Source: Candidatus Sulfotelmatobacter sp. (GTDB lineage: Bacteria; Eisenbacteria; RBG-16-71-46). Taken from it: DNA of 64,000 nucleotides. The notes beneath the pieces are model-generated. The model was not told the origin of the DNA. It was given only the letters and a program-made list of their open reading frames with translations, and made no database searches. The stretch is taken from NCBI GenBank assembly GCA_035498555.1, contig DATKAB010000161.1, positions 2,794 through 66,793 on the forward strand, written 5' to 3'. The position numbers were made by a program, and so were the translations under genes. Shown here in pieces: positions 49,075 through 58,479 of this stretch (positions within the stretch are counted from its first letter, which is position 1; each line of letters opens with the position of its first letter).

Positions 49075-50651
49075 GGCGCGGCGAGATCGCACACACCGTT
49101 TCACGCGGCGCGTTCTACCTGACCCTCGAGAAGGCCGCGGCGCTGTTCTCGGGCGTCGCCTACTTCGCGTTGCTGCTCCGCTGGCTCGGCCCGACCAAGT
49201 ACGGAATCATGACGCTGGCACTGTCGTTCGCCGGACTAGCCACCATGATGAACGGGAACTTCGAGGTGTTCCTCGAGCGCTACGCCGCCGAGTACCAGGC
49301 GCACGGCCGGCTGCGCACGCTGCGCCGCGCGCAATTCCATGCCATGGGACTCAAGCTGGCGCTCGGCGCGGTGGCCAGTCTGGTCCTGGTCCTTGGCGCG
49401 CCCTTCATCGCCGTCCAATTCCACACCCCCGAGCTGTCCTACCTCCTGCCGATGCTGAGCCTGATGGTGCTGCTCGAGGGCTTCGCGTCCACCGGGCGCG
49501 CGACGCTGTACGGACTCCAGCAGTTCCGCTGGATGAGCGTGGTGGCGCTCGCGTTCCACATCGCGAAGACCATCATGGTGGGGCTCCTGTGGTGGCTCAA
49601 GCAGGGTCTGCCGGCGCTCGCGATCGGGCTCACCACGCTGGCGGTGCTGCAGGGCGCGGTCAGCGCCGCGATTCCCATGTGGATGCTGCGCCGCGCGCGC
49701 GACCCCGAGGGCGCGCCGCCCGGACTGAGCGGCAAACCGCTCACGCGCGCGATCCTGGGCTATTGCCTGCCGCTGCTCGGCGCACGGGTCACCTTCCTCT
49801 CGGGGCAGAATCTCGGCAAGATCGTGCTCGGCAAACTCTTCGACACCACCCTGCTCGGATTCTTCTCGTTCGCCTATCAGACCGTGGAGCGCTTCGTCGA
49901 GATGATCTTCGCGATTCCCTCGTCATTGCTGCCCTCGCTCACCCATCTGGTGGCGCGGGAAGAGCGCGATCGGCTGCGCTTCGTGTTCGATCAATCGTTG
50001 CGGATCATTCAGGTGGTGGCGCTGGTGCTGAGCTGCGGCATGGCCGTGTTCGCACGCGAGATCACGCTGGTGATCGGAAGCCCACTGTTCGAGCCCGCGA
50101 TCCCGATGCTTCGCATCATGGCCCTGGTCCCGATCGCGCGCACCGCTCAGCAGCCGCTGACCATGCTGTTCCAGGCGCTGCGCCTGCCCGGAACCGTGCT
50201 GGTGCTGGCGATCATCAAGTTCGTAACCGAGTTTGGCTGCTACTTCGCGCTGGTCCCCACGGTGGGCATCGCCGGGGCGGCCTGGGCGAACCTGGCCGGC
50301 GCCATCGTGTCCTACATCGTGGCGATGATCCTTCTCGATCAACTGGTGCCCGAAGGACGGGACGAGCGCACTCGCACCACCTGGCTTGGACTCGCCTGCT
50401 TCGCTCCGTTCCTGCTGCTCGGTCTCGTGATCGGCGATCACTTCGGCCATCTCGGCTCGACGCTCGCGCGACTCGCCCTGGTGCCGCCCACGCTCGCGCT
50501 CACGCTGGCGGTCGGCCTGGTGCGCCCGGCGGACTTCGAGCGGCTCAGTTCGTTCCCGCTGGAATCGACGTGGATGAGGCGGACGCGCGATCTGGTGGTC
50601 GCAGCCGCTCAGCGCACCGCGAACGCGCTGGTGCCGCGGAGGCTGCTGTGA
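49071..50651 (+). CDS. Wzx-type polysaccharide flippase (MOP superfamily)
   Basis: GTGA overlap with upstream; about 12-14 predicted TM helices, Polysacc_synt-like N-terminus (YLTLEKAAALFSGVAYFALLLRWLGPTKYG). Confidence 0.75.
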   Translation: MRRGEIAHTVSRGAFYLTLEKAAALFSGVAYFALLLRWLGPTKYGIMTLALSFAGLATMMNGNFEVFLERYAAEYQAHGRLRTLRRAQFHAMGLKLALGAVASLVLVLGAPFIAVQFHTPELSYLLPMLSLMVLLEGFASTGRATLYGLQQFRWMSVVALAFHIAKTIMVGLLWWLKQGLPALAIGLTTLAVLQGAVSAAIPMWMLRRARDPEGAPPGLSGKPLTRAILGYCLPLLGARVTFLSGQNLGKIVLGKLFDTTLLGFFSFAYQTVERFVEMIFAIPSSLLPSLTHLVAREERDRLRFVFDQSLRIIQVVALVLSCGMAVFAREITLVIGSPLFEPAIPMLRIMALVPIARTAQQPLTMLFQALRLPGTVLVLAIIKFVTEFGCYFALVPTVGIAGAAWANLAGAIVSYIVAMILLDQLVPEGRDERTRTTWLGLACFAPFLLLGLVIGDHFGHLGSTLARLALVPPTLALTLAVGLVRPADFERLSSFPLESTWMRRTRDLVVAAAQRTANALVPRRLL

Positions 50652-51352
50652 GTGCGCCGCGTGTACTGGTGATCGTCCCCGCACACAACGAGGCGGACAG
50701 CCTGCCGGCGACCCTGGCCGAGATCCGGGCGCGGGCGGACTGGTGCGACGTGCTGGTGGTGGATGACGGCTCGCGCGACCGCACCTCGGCGGTGGCCAGG
50801 GAGGCGGGGATACCGGTGGTGCGGCACGCCGTCAACCTGGGCGTGGGTGGGGCGCTCCAGACCGGATTCCGCTATGCCGTTGCCCATGGCTACGACATCG
50901 GAGTCCAGCTCGATGCCGACGGCCAGCACGATCCCGCGTTTCTGCGTGACCTGGTCGCCCCGGTGGCCGACGGTCGCTGCGACCTGAGCATTGGCTCGCG
51001 CTACGTGGCCCGTTCAGGCTACCGTGCTCCGGCGACGCGCCGGCTCGGCATGCTCATGTTCTCCGGAATCGTGCGTCTCGTGTTGCATCAGAGGATCGCC
51101 GATACCACTTCGGGATTTCGCGCCTATGGGCGCAGGGTCATGGAGGTGTGCCAGCACGACTTCCCCACGGATTTCCCGGACGCGCCGCTCCTGATCGCGC
51201 TGGCGCTGCGGCATTTCCGGCTGCTGGAAGTGCCGGTCGAAATGCGCGAGCGTCGCGCCGGACAATCGTTCTACACCCTGGGAAAGTCATTGTACTACCC
51301 GTACAAGAATCTGCTCGCGTCACTCATGGCCTGGCTGCAACGCCCGGCCTGA
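50648..51352 (+). CDS. GT2 polyprenyl-phosphate glycosyltransferase (Dpm1/GtrB/ArnC-like)
   Basis: GTGA overlap; VLVIVPAHNEADSLP, DxD (VLVVDDGSRD), QLDADGQHDP motif typical of ArnC/GtrB/DPM1. Confidence 0.8.
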   Translation: MSAPRVLVIVPAHNEADSLPATLAEIRARADWCDVLVVDDGSRDRTSAVAREAGIPVVRHAVNLGVGGALQTGFRYAVAHGYDIGVQLDADGQHDPAFLRDLVAPVADGRCDLSIGSRYVARSGYRAPATRRLGMLMFSGIVRLVLHQRIADTTSGFRAYGRRVMEVCQHDFPTDFPDAPLLIALALRHFRLLEVPVEMRERRAGQSFYTLGKSLYYPYKNLLASLMAWLQRPA

Positions 51353-51368
51353 TGAATCGGAGGCAACC

Positions 51369-51743
51369 ATGTTGTTCCTGTCGCGCACTCAGCTGATCGC
51401 AGCTCTGGGAGCGGTCGCGATGGCGCTCTACGTCCTCGATCTGGTTCGGCGCCGCCGGCTGTCCGAGGAGTATTCGCTGCTGTGGGTGATCGCCTCCAGC
51501 ATCATCGCGATCCTCGGATTCTGCACGCCGCTGCTGCTCTGGGTCACCCAGCTGCTCGGCATCCTCGGCGCGGCCTCGACGGTGTTCGCCTTCGGTCTGG
51601 CGTTCGCGATGGCGATGCTGCTGTACCTCTCGGTCAAGATGTCACGGCTCGGGCAGCAGAATCAGGCGCTCACGCAGGAACTGGCGTTGATGCGTCACGA
51701 GCTGGAGCGGCGTGGCGCACCGGAACGGACGGGGGACGCGTGA
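51369..51743 (+). CDS. DUF2304-family small membrane protein
   Basis: 124 aa, 3 TM helices plus C-terminal coiled coil (LGQQNQALTQELALMRHELERR); commonly paired with GT2 enzymes. Confidence 0.6.
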   Translation: MLFLSRTQLIAALGAVAMALYVLDLVRRRRLSEEYSLLWVIASSIIAILGFCTPLLLWVTQLLGILGAASTVFAFGLAFAMAMLLYLSVKMSRLGQQNQALTQELALMRHELERRGAPERTGDA

Positions 51744-52750
51744 GCCAGCGACTCAAGCTGATCATCGGCATCGCGGTGTCGGTGGTGTGCGTCTGGGTGT
51801 CGATGCACGATGTGAAATTGAGCGAAGTCTGGAACGCGCTGCGCCATGCCAATTACCTCGGGTTCGCCGCGGTGATGGCCCTGACCCTGCTGGGATTCTG
51901 GATTCGCGCGGTGCGCTGGCGCTCGCTGATCGCCGCCCCGCGGCCGATCTCGACCGATAGCCTGTTCTCGGCCACGATGATCGGTTTCATGGCCAACAAC
52001 GTGCTGCCCTTCCGGCTCGGCGAGTTCGTTCGCCCCTGGGCGCTCGCCCGCCGAGAAAAGCTGTCGAAGACCACGCTGCTGGCGACCGTGGTGGTGGAGC
52101 GCGCGGTCGACATGCTGACCCTGCTCGGCATCCTCGGGATCTCGCTGCTGGTGCACCCCGCTTCGGTGTCGGCCCGTACCGAAGCCGGACGGATGACCCG
52201 GGCCGGCGCCGGCGTGCTGGTATTCATGTGCGTGGGGCTGACCGCGTTCGTCATCGCGCTGGAGTGGTCGCCACGCCTGGCGCACGGGGTGGTGCACTGG
52301 CTGACCCGCCCGTTGCCGGAGACGGTCCGGCGGCGCGTGAGCGCCATGCTCACCCATTTCTTCGAAGGACTCGGGCTGTTCCGCGATCTGCCGCGGCTGG
52401 CCTGGGTGTTCGCGCTGTCGTTCCTGATGTTCGGCGTCTTCGCGCTCGGGCTGAGCGTGTGCATGTGGGCGCTCAGCCTGTCGGTCCCCTGGTACGCCGG
52501 GCTGATCATGCTGGTGATCACCGCCATTGGCATCATGGTGCCGGCGGCACCCGGATACATCGGAACGCTCAATCTGGCGTGCATCGCCGGCCTCGCTCTG
52601 TTTGGCGTGAGCAAGGATCTGGCGGCGCCATTCTCATGGTTCTACTGGGCGAGCCAGTGGCTGCCGGTCACCGGGGTGGGGCTGTTCTACCTCCAGCGTG
52701 AAGGGCTCTCGCTCCGCTCGCTGGGACAAGCCCAGGAGGCGGCGGCGTGA
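51740..52750 (+). CDS. flippase-like membrane protein (UPF0104 / lysyl-PG-synthase TM-domain family)
   Basis: GTGA overlap; 8 TM helices, RxxR and NNVLPFRLGEFVRP motif resembling PF03706. Confidence 0.6.
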   Translation: MSQRLKLIIGIAVSVVCVWVSMHDVKLSEVWNALRHANYLGFAAVMALTLLGFWIRAVRWRSLIAAPRPISTDSLFSATMIGFMANNVLPFRLGEFVRPWALARREKLSKTTLLATVVVERAVDMLTLLGILGISLLVHPASVSARTEAGRMTRAGAGVLVFMCVGLTAFVIALEWSPRLAHGVVHWLTRPLPETVRRRVSAMLTHFFEGLGLFRDLPRLAWVFALSFLMFGVFALGLSVCMWALSLSVPWYAGLIMLVITAIGIMVPAAPGYIGTLNLACIAGLALFGVSKDLAAPFSWFYWASQWLPVTGVGLFYLQREGLSLRSLGQAQEAAA

Positions 52751-52758
52751 GCCCGGCT

Positions 52759-53967
52759 TCACGCCCGGAAGTGTCCGACGATCTTCCGAATCGCGGCCGC
52801 GACGTCGTCGACGTCGCGCTCGGTCATGGTGGGGAAGAGCGGCAGCGAGATCGCGCGCCGGTAGGCGTCTTCGGCCACCGGGAACTGTCCTTCGCGCACC
52901 CCAAGCGAATCGCGGAAGTGGGGGTGGAGGTGGATCGGGATGAAGTGCACCGAGCTGCCGATGTTCTCGGCGCGCAGCTCGGTGATGAAGCGCGCGCGAT
53001 CGATGCGCAGCCGCTCCAGTTCGAGTCCGATCGGGTAGAGATGCCAGGCGTGCGTGGCGCCCGGGCGCGTGACCGGGCGGCGGATCTCGGGCAGCTCCGA
53101 CAGCAGCGTGTCGTAGCGCGCCACCCGTTCGCGGCGCAGGCGCTGGAGCTCGTCGAAGCGCTCGAGCTGCCCGAGGCCGATCGCCGCCAGCACATCGCTC
53201 AGGTTGTACTTGTAGCCGGGTGCGGTGACCTCGTAGTACCACGAGCCGGTGTCGGTGTAACGCTTCCAGGCGTCGCGGTTCATGCCGTGGAGCGAGAGCA
53301 GTCCGAGCCGCTCGGCCAGCTCGTCGTCGTCGGTCACGGCCGCCCCGCCTTCGCCGGTGGTGAGATTCTTGGTGGCGTAGAACGAGAACGCAGTGACGGT
53401 CGCAAGCGAGCCGATCGGTTTTCCGCGCCAGGCCGCGCCCAGCGCGTGTGCGGCGTCCTCCACCACCGGAGCCTCGATCCGCTCCGCGAGCGGCAGGATG
53501 CGGTCGTAGTCGCAAGGATGCCCGGCGTAGTCCACCGGCAGCACCGCGCGCGTACGTGGGGTGAGCGCGTCCTCGAGCGCCGCGGGGTTCATGCACAGCG
53601 TGTCGGGTTCGACGTCCACCAGCACCGCGCGAGCGCCGACGTGCTCGATCACGTTCACGCACGCCGCGAAGGTGTACGTCGAGGTGATCACCTCGTCCCC
53701 GTGGCCGACGCCGAGCGCCACCAGCGACAGGTGCAGCGCCCCGGTGGCCGAGTTGAACGCCAGGCCGTGTCGAGCACCGGCGAGCTTCGCGACCCGCTCG
53801 GCCAGCTCGATGCTCTTCTTGCCGGTGGTGATCCAGCCCGAATCGAGGGTCTCGAGCACCAGCTGCTTCTCGCGCTCCCCGATCGCCGGAATGGCGAGCG
53901 GCAGGAAGCGCTCCCGGACCGGGCGTCCTCCCTGCGAGGCCAGGGGCTCCGGCGGTGCCGTCTTCAC
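52759..53967 (-). CDS. DegT/DnrJ/EryC1/StrS-family PLP-dependent sugar aminotransferase
   Basis: SATGALHLSL, PLP-lysine FSFYATKNLTTGEGG, DAAHALG; convergent with upstream operon, divergent from wzx2. Confidence 0.9.
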   Translation of the reverse strand: MKTAPPEPLASQGGRPVRERFLPLAIPAIGEREKQLVLETLDSGWITTGKKSIELAERVAKLAGARHGLAFNSATGALHLSLVALGVGHGDEVITSTYTFAACVNVIEHVGARAVLVDVEPDTLCMNPAALEDALTPRTRAVLPVDYAGHPCDYDRILPLAERIEAPVVEDAAHALGAAWRGKPIGSLATVTAFSFYATKNLTTGEGGAAVTDDDELAERLGLLSLHGMNRDAWKRYTDTGSWYYEVTAPGYKYNLSDVLAAIGLGQLERFDELQRLRRERVARYDTLLSELPEIRRPVTRPGATHAWHLYPIGLELERLRIDRARFITELRAENIGSSVHFIPIHLHPHFRDSLGVREGQFPVAEDAYRRAISLPLFPTMTERDVDDVAAAIRKIVGHFRA

Positions 53968-54110
53968 GAGGCTCGGGATCCGGTTCGCATCAGGGCAAAT
54001 AGTCTAGGCGAGCGCTCGGAATCTCACCAGCGGCGACGGCGCGCGCGCGCGCCCGCCGCGGCGGCGAAGGCTCGAACGCCTTCCGCCGCGTCCCGCTGAC
54101 CGAGCGCGCC

Positions 54111-55640
54111 ATGCACCCCCGAAAGCTGGTTCGCGACTCGATCGGATACGCCACCTCGCAGTTCATCGTCCGCGCCGCGATGATCGTGCGCACGGTGCTG
54201 GCCGCGCGCTGGCTGGGGCCTCAGGCCTATGGCGCGTGGAATGCCCTCCAGCTGATGATGGACTACGGCACTCTTGCCCCGCTCGGAACTCAGCAGGGCC
54301 TCGATCAGCGCGTGCCGCGCGCGATCGTGGACGGCGATCCGGTGCGTCTTGCCCGAATCAAGCGCGCCGGCTTCACCAATATCCTCCTTCTTACCGGGTT
54401 GTTCTGCGCGACGGGCATCGTCTACCTCTCGCGCTCGAACGGCAGGATCATGTCCTTCTGGGCGGGGGCCGGCATGCTGGTGGCGATGGCCGTCGTGCTC
54501 CTCATCAATTGGGCCAATTACCACACGACGTTGCTCCGCTCGCACGGCAACATCGGCGCGGTGAGCCGATGGTTCTTCGTCCAGGGCATGGTGGGCGCGG
54601 TACTCGGCCTCGCCCTGATTCCATGGCAGGGAGCCTGGGGCCTGCTGTGGGGCTGGCTGCTGGGAACGCTGGTGTCGTTCGCCTGGACCCGGTGGGACGC
54701 TCGGAAACTCGCGCCGCTCCGGCCACTGATCGGCTCCGAAAACGGCGACCTCCTGCGCGTGGGCTTCCCGCTGTTCTTCTTTCTCGGCTCGGCGCTGGTG
54801 ATGCGCAGCCTCGATCGGCTCATCATTCTTCGCTTTCTCGGCACGCGCGAGCTGGGTTACTACAGCCTGGCGGTGACCGCGCTGACGCTGCTCATGTACG
54901 TGCCCGACTCGGCCACCTACGTGCTCTACCCCCGCTTGCTCCAGGGCTACCGGGCGGGCGGGGACCAGCCCGAGGCGATCCGCGACCACGTCATCGTCGC
55001 GCTCACCGTGCTGAGCACGCTGACGCCGGCTCTCGGTGGGCTGGCATTTCTGGCCGCGCGCGATCTGATCGGTGCGGTGCTGCCCAACTACATCGCCGGC
55101 GCCACCGCGGTCCGGGTGCTGTGCTTCGGCGCGGCGGCGCTGACGCTTTCGAATCTCGCCTCGATCGTGCTGATGACCCTCGGCCGCCAAGTGTGGCTGA
55201 TTCCCATCGCCGTGCTGTTCACGGCCGCCTGCGGCTTCGCCGATCTCGAGGTGCTGCGGCGCGGCTACGGGATCAGCGGAGTCGCCTGGGCGACGCTCGC
55301 CACCTACGTGGCGAGCGGCATGGTGGTGCTGGCGCTGGCCCTGGCCGCGCTGGGTGCCGGCTGGCTCGGCACGCTCCGACGCCTGTTCGGGTGCGCGTGG
55401 GCGTTGCTCGCGGCGATCGGGATCGCCGTCGGGCTCGATCGGCTGCTGCCCTGGCGCAACACCACCGACGAGGCGGTCCGGCTGATTCGCGTCGGGCTCG
55501 AGTGGTCGGCATTCGCGATCAGCTATGCCCTGGCGGTGCGGCCTCTGCTGCGCGAGATCGGGCTGCGACAGGTGTTGTCGGAGTTCAATCTGCCCTTTGC
55601 CTCGCTCTTGCGCCGCGACCCCGGAGGGGCCGGAAAGTGA
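54111..55640 (+). CDS. second Wzx/MOP-superfamily polysaccharide flippase
   Basis: 509 aa, about 14 TM helices, Polysacc_synt-like N-terminus. Confidence 0.7.
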   Translation: MHPRKLVRDSIGYATSQFIVRAAMIVRTVLAARWLGPQAYGAWNALQLMMDYGTLAPLGTQQGLDQRVPRAIVDGDPVRLARIKRAGFTNILLLTGLFCATGIVYLSRSNGRIMSFWAGAGMLVAMAVVLLINWANYHTTLLRSHGNIGAVSRWFFVQGMVGAVLGLALIPWQGAWGLLWGWLLGTLVSFAWTRWDARKLAPLRPLIGSENGDLLRVGFPLFFFLGSALVMRSLDRLIILRFLGTRELGYYSLAVTALTLLMYVPDSATYVLYPRLLQGYRAGGDQPEAIRDHVIVALTVLSTLTPALGGLAFLAARDLIGAVLPNYIAGATAVRVLCFGAAALTLSNLASIVLMTLGRQVWLIPIAVLFTAACGFADLEVLRRGYGISGVAWATLATYVASGMVVLALALAALGAGWLGTLRRLFGCAWALLAAIGIAVGLDRLLPWRNTTDEAVRLIRVGLEWSAFAISYALAVRPLLREIGLRQVLSEFNLPFASLLRRDPGGAGK

Positions 55641-57604
55641 AAGTCCTGGTGACCGGAGCGACCGGTTTCATCGGTCGCCGTCTGCTCGACCATCTGCTCG
55701 GGGCCGGCCACGAGGTGGTGGCGGCCGTGCGTCGTCCGGCGCCCGAGCTCGACCCCGAGCGCGTGACGGTGATCGAGGTGCGTCTCGACGATCGCGACGG
55801 GCTGACGCGCGCGCTCGCCGGCTGCGACGCGGTAGTTCACCTCGCGGTCGCGACCGGCGCCATCACCGAACGCGCGGCGTACGACGTGAACGTGGTGGGC
55901 ACCGAGCATCTGCTCGAGGCCTCGCGGCTGGCAGGAGTCGGCCGTTTCGTCTTCGCGTCCACGATTTCGGCGACGCGCGAACGCATGGGTCCCTACGGGC
56001 GGACCAAGCGTCTGGCCGAAGCGCGTGTGGCGGCTTCGGGGATTCCGTTCTGCACGTTGCGCCCTTCACTGGTCTATGGCGGCCGCGAGGGCCTGGTCGC
56101 GAACCTGACCGCCTACCTGATCGGCCTGCCGATCATTCCGGTGATGGGAGACGGCACGGTCGAACTCGACCCGATCCACGTCGACGACGTTTGCGCCGCG
56201 ATCCTGTGCGCGTTGCGCGACCAACATTTGCTGGGAAACACCTACGACCTGCTCGGGCCGGATCGCGTCACCTTCAACCAGTTCCTCGACCGGCTCTCGA
56301 CGGGCCTTGGAGTGAAGCGGCCCTACCTTCACGTTCCCGGCGAGATCGCGCTCGCGATGGCGCGCGTGCTCGGTTTGGTCCTCAAGCGTCCGCCCATCAC
56401 CGTGGACAACGTGCTCGGCATGATCTCGCCGGCGCGCGTGGAGCGGGAGCGGGCGCGGCGTGATTTCCGGATGGCGTGGACCTCGCTCGATCAGGGGCTG
56501 CTCGGAAAATCCGCCAATCCGCCGCCGGCTCGCGCGAGCGCGGCGGGCTCGATCCTGCGCGACGGCCCGTCGCGCCCGCTGCGCGTCGCCATCGTCGGGC
56601 TCGGCAAGATGGGCATGGTGCACGCCGCGGTGCTCTCGTCGATGGACGAGGTGAGCCTGGTCGCGTTCGTGGACCGCTCGCCCGCTCTGGCGAAGACCCT
56701 CTACGGCATGGGATTCCGGGCGCCCTACTGCGCCACGCTCGAGCAGGCGCTGGAACGGGCCCGCCCCGACGCGGTGTGGATCTGTACGCCGCCCGACTCG
56801 CACGCCCCGATCGCCGAAGCCTGCCTGAGCGCGGGAGTCGCCGCCTTCATCGAGAAGCCGCTCGCGCAGAACCTGGAGGACGCGCGCCGGATCGAAGCGG
56901 CCGCGAAGCGATCGGATCGCGCGACCGCGTGCGGCTACGCGCAGCTCTTCTTCCCGTGCTTCGGGGCCGCCGTCGAGCTGCTGCGCGCGAACGCGATCGG
57001 CAGGATCACCGGGATCCGCTCCTCGATGTTCCTCTCGCAGGTGTTCGGCCCGCAGAAGGGTTGGATCGCGGATCCCCGGCGCTCGGGCGGCGGCGTGGTC
57101 GCGAATCTCTCGTCGCACCTGCTGGCGCAGTTGCGGGCCGCGTTCGGGCAGCCGGTCCGCGTCCGCGCACGGTGGAAGAAGATGTACGGCGAGGTCGAAG
57201 ACCAGCTCGACGCGACGTTGACGCTCGCGGACGGAACCGAGATCGAGTTCGCGTCGTCGTGGAGCGTGCCCGATTTCCCGATCTCCTCGACCACGATCGA
57301 AGTGACCGGCGACAACGGAACGATGAAGGTGACCAACGACTCCGTCGAGCTGGAGCTGCGCGAGGCCCGCGCCGAGCGGCCGGTGGGCCGCAGCGTGCTG
57401 CGCGCCGCCGAGCTCCCGGCACGAGCGAGGTTCGAGCTCAACGGCGAGTTCTACGACCTCGAGGACGCGGAGTTCCTCGCTTCGGTCGCGGGCGGACCTG
57501 CCGCCCGCGCCAGCGTCGAGCTCGGCGCCGATGTTCAGCGCGTGATGAGCGCACTCTACGAGTCGGCGGAGCGCGACGGCGAATCGGTGGAGGTACCGCG
57601 ATGA
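55637..57604 (+). CDS. fusion protein: NAD-dependent epimerase/dehydratase (SDR) domain + Gfo/Idh/MocA oxidoreductase domain
   Basis: GTGA overlap; N-terminal VLVTGATGFIGRRLLDHLL...YGRTKRLAE (YxxxK); C-terminal RVAIVGLGKMGMVHAAV...EKPLA Rossmann and GFO_IDH_MocA core; 655 aa. Confidence 0.8.
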   Translation: MKVLVTGATGFIGRRLLDHLLGAGHEVVAAVRRPAPELDPERVTVIEVRLDDRDGLTRALAGCDAVVHLAVATGAITERAAYDVNVVGTEHLLEASRLAGVGRFVFASTISATRERMGPYGRTKRLAEARVAASGIPFCTLRPSLVYGGREGLVANLTAYLIGLPIIPVMGDGTVELDPIHVDDVCAAILCALRDQHLLGNTYDLLGPDRVTFNQFLDRLSTGLGVKRPYLHVPGEIALAMARVLGLVLKRPPITVDNVLGMISPARVERERARRDFRMAWTSLDQGLLGKSANPPPARASAAGSILRDGPSRPLRVAIVGLGKMGMVHAAVLSSMDEVSLVAFVDRSPALAKTLYGMGFRAPYCATLEQALERARPDAVWICTPPDSHAPIAEACLSAGVAAFIEKPLAQNLEDARRIEAAAKRSDRATACGYAQLFFPCFGAAVELLRANAIGRITGIRSSMFLSQVFGPQKGWIADPRRSGGGVVANLSSHLLAQLRAAFGQPVRVRARWKKMYGEVEDQLDATLTLADGTEIEFASSWSVPDFPISSTTIEVTGDNGTMKVTNDSVELELREARAERPVGRSVLRAAELPARARFELNGEFYDLEDAEFLASVAGGPAARASVELGADVQRVMSALYESAERDGESVEVPR

Positions 57605-58479
57605 GCCGGACCCACTTCACCGTTCCGCGGCTGCTGCTCTCGGGGGAGGCGCTGCTCGGCATCACGCGGCATCCGCGCGAGCACACGCTCGAGGTCAAGC
57701 GGCGATACGACAACGGAGCCGCGCTGGCGGCCGCGCTGTCCCTGGCGCTCGACCGCGGCGCGGACGGCGTGCTGTTCACGCCCTCGGCCACCGTGCGCGA
57801 AGCCCTGGGTGGCCTGTCGCGCCGCGTCCCCACCTGGGCGGTGGTGCCCAACGTGCCGCAGTTCGCGCGCGATTCGGCCGAGCTCGGCCTTCCAGGCGCG
57901 GCGCTCAAACGGCTGCGCGGCGCAAGCCCGATCACCTTCGCGCGAATCGGGCTCACCGGGGCCGGTCACGTGCTCGAAGTGTTGAAGAACGACATCGGGG
58001 GTATGGCGCCGGTGCTGATCGAGCTCGAGATCGCTTCGCTCGGCGCGCGCGACCTGCACGGCGTGGTGATGGCGTCCACGCTCACCGACCTGGCGCTGGC
58101 CGCGCGCCACCGGCGATTCTTCAGCCACGTGGTCGACTTCGTTCGGTCACGCTTTGGCGTCCAGGCCGGCTTCGAGACGCACAATCCCGGCTGGTTGCTC
58201 GGGGCTCTGCGCGAATGGGACGTGCGGCCCGATCTGGTGGTCGGCCCGCTGAATCCGATGGGCTTCATGATGAAGCCCGATCCGGCGCGCACCCTCCGCG
58301 AGATCGCGGCCGCCCGCTTCCCGCTGGTGGCGAAAGAGCTGACCGCCGGGGGCGCGAACCCGCTGGCCGTCGGCGCCGCCTACGCTCGTGCCCACGGCGC
58401 GCAGGGCCTCGCCATCGATCTCGCCGACCTCGATCCGGACATGGGGGGGCTCACCGCATTGGGGGAGGCGGGCGGATGA
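57601..58479 (+). CDS. hypothetical protein (no recognisable family), ATGA-coupled between fusion oxidoreductase and membrane protein
   Basis: Intact 292-aa ORF in an operon context with coding-like codon usage. Confidence 0.5.
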   Translation: MSRTHFTVPRLLLSGEALLGITRHPREHTLEVKRRYDNGAALAAALSLALDRGADGVLFTPSATVREALGGLSRRVPTWAVVPNVPQFARDSAELGLPGAALKRLRGASPITFARIGLTGAGHVLEVLKNDIGGMAPVLIELEIASLGARDLHGVVMASTLTDLALAARHRRFFSHVVDFVRSRFGVQAGFETHNPGWLLGALREWDVRPDLVVGPLNPMGFMMKPDPARTLREIAAARFPLVAKELTAGGANPLAVGAAYARAHGAQGLAIDLADLDPDMGGLTALGEAGG

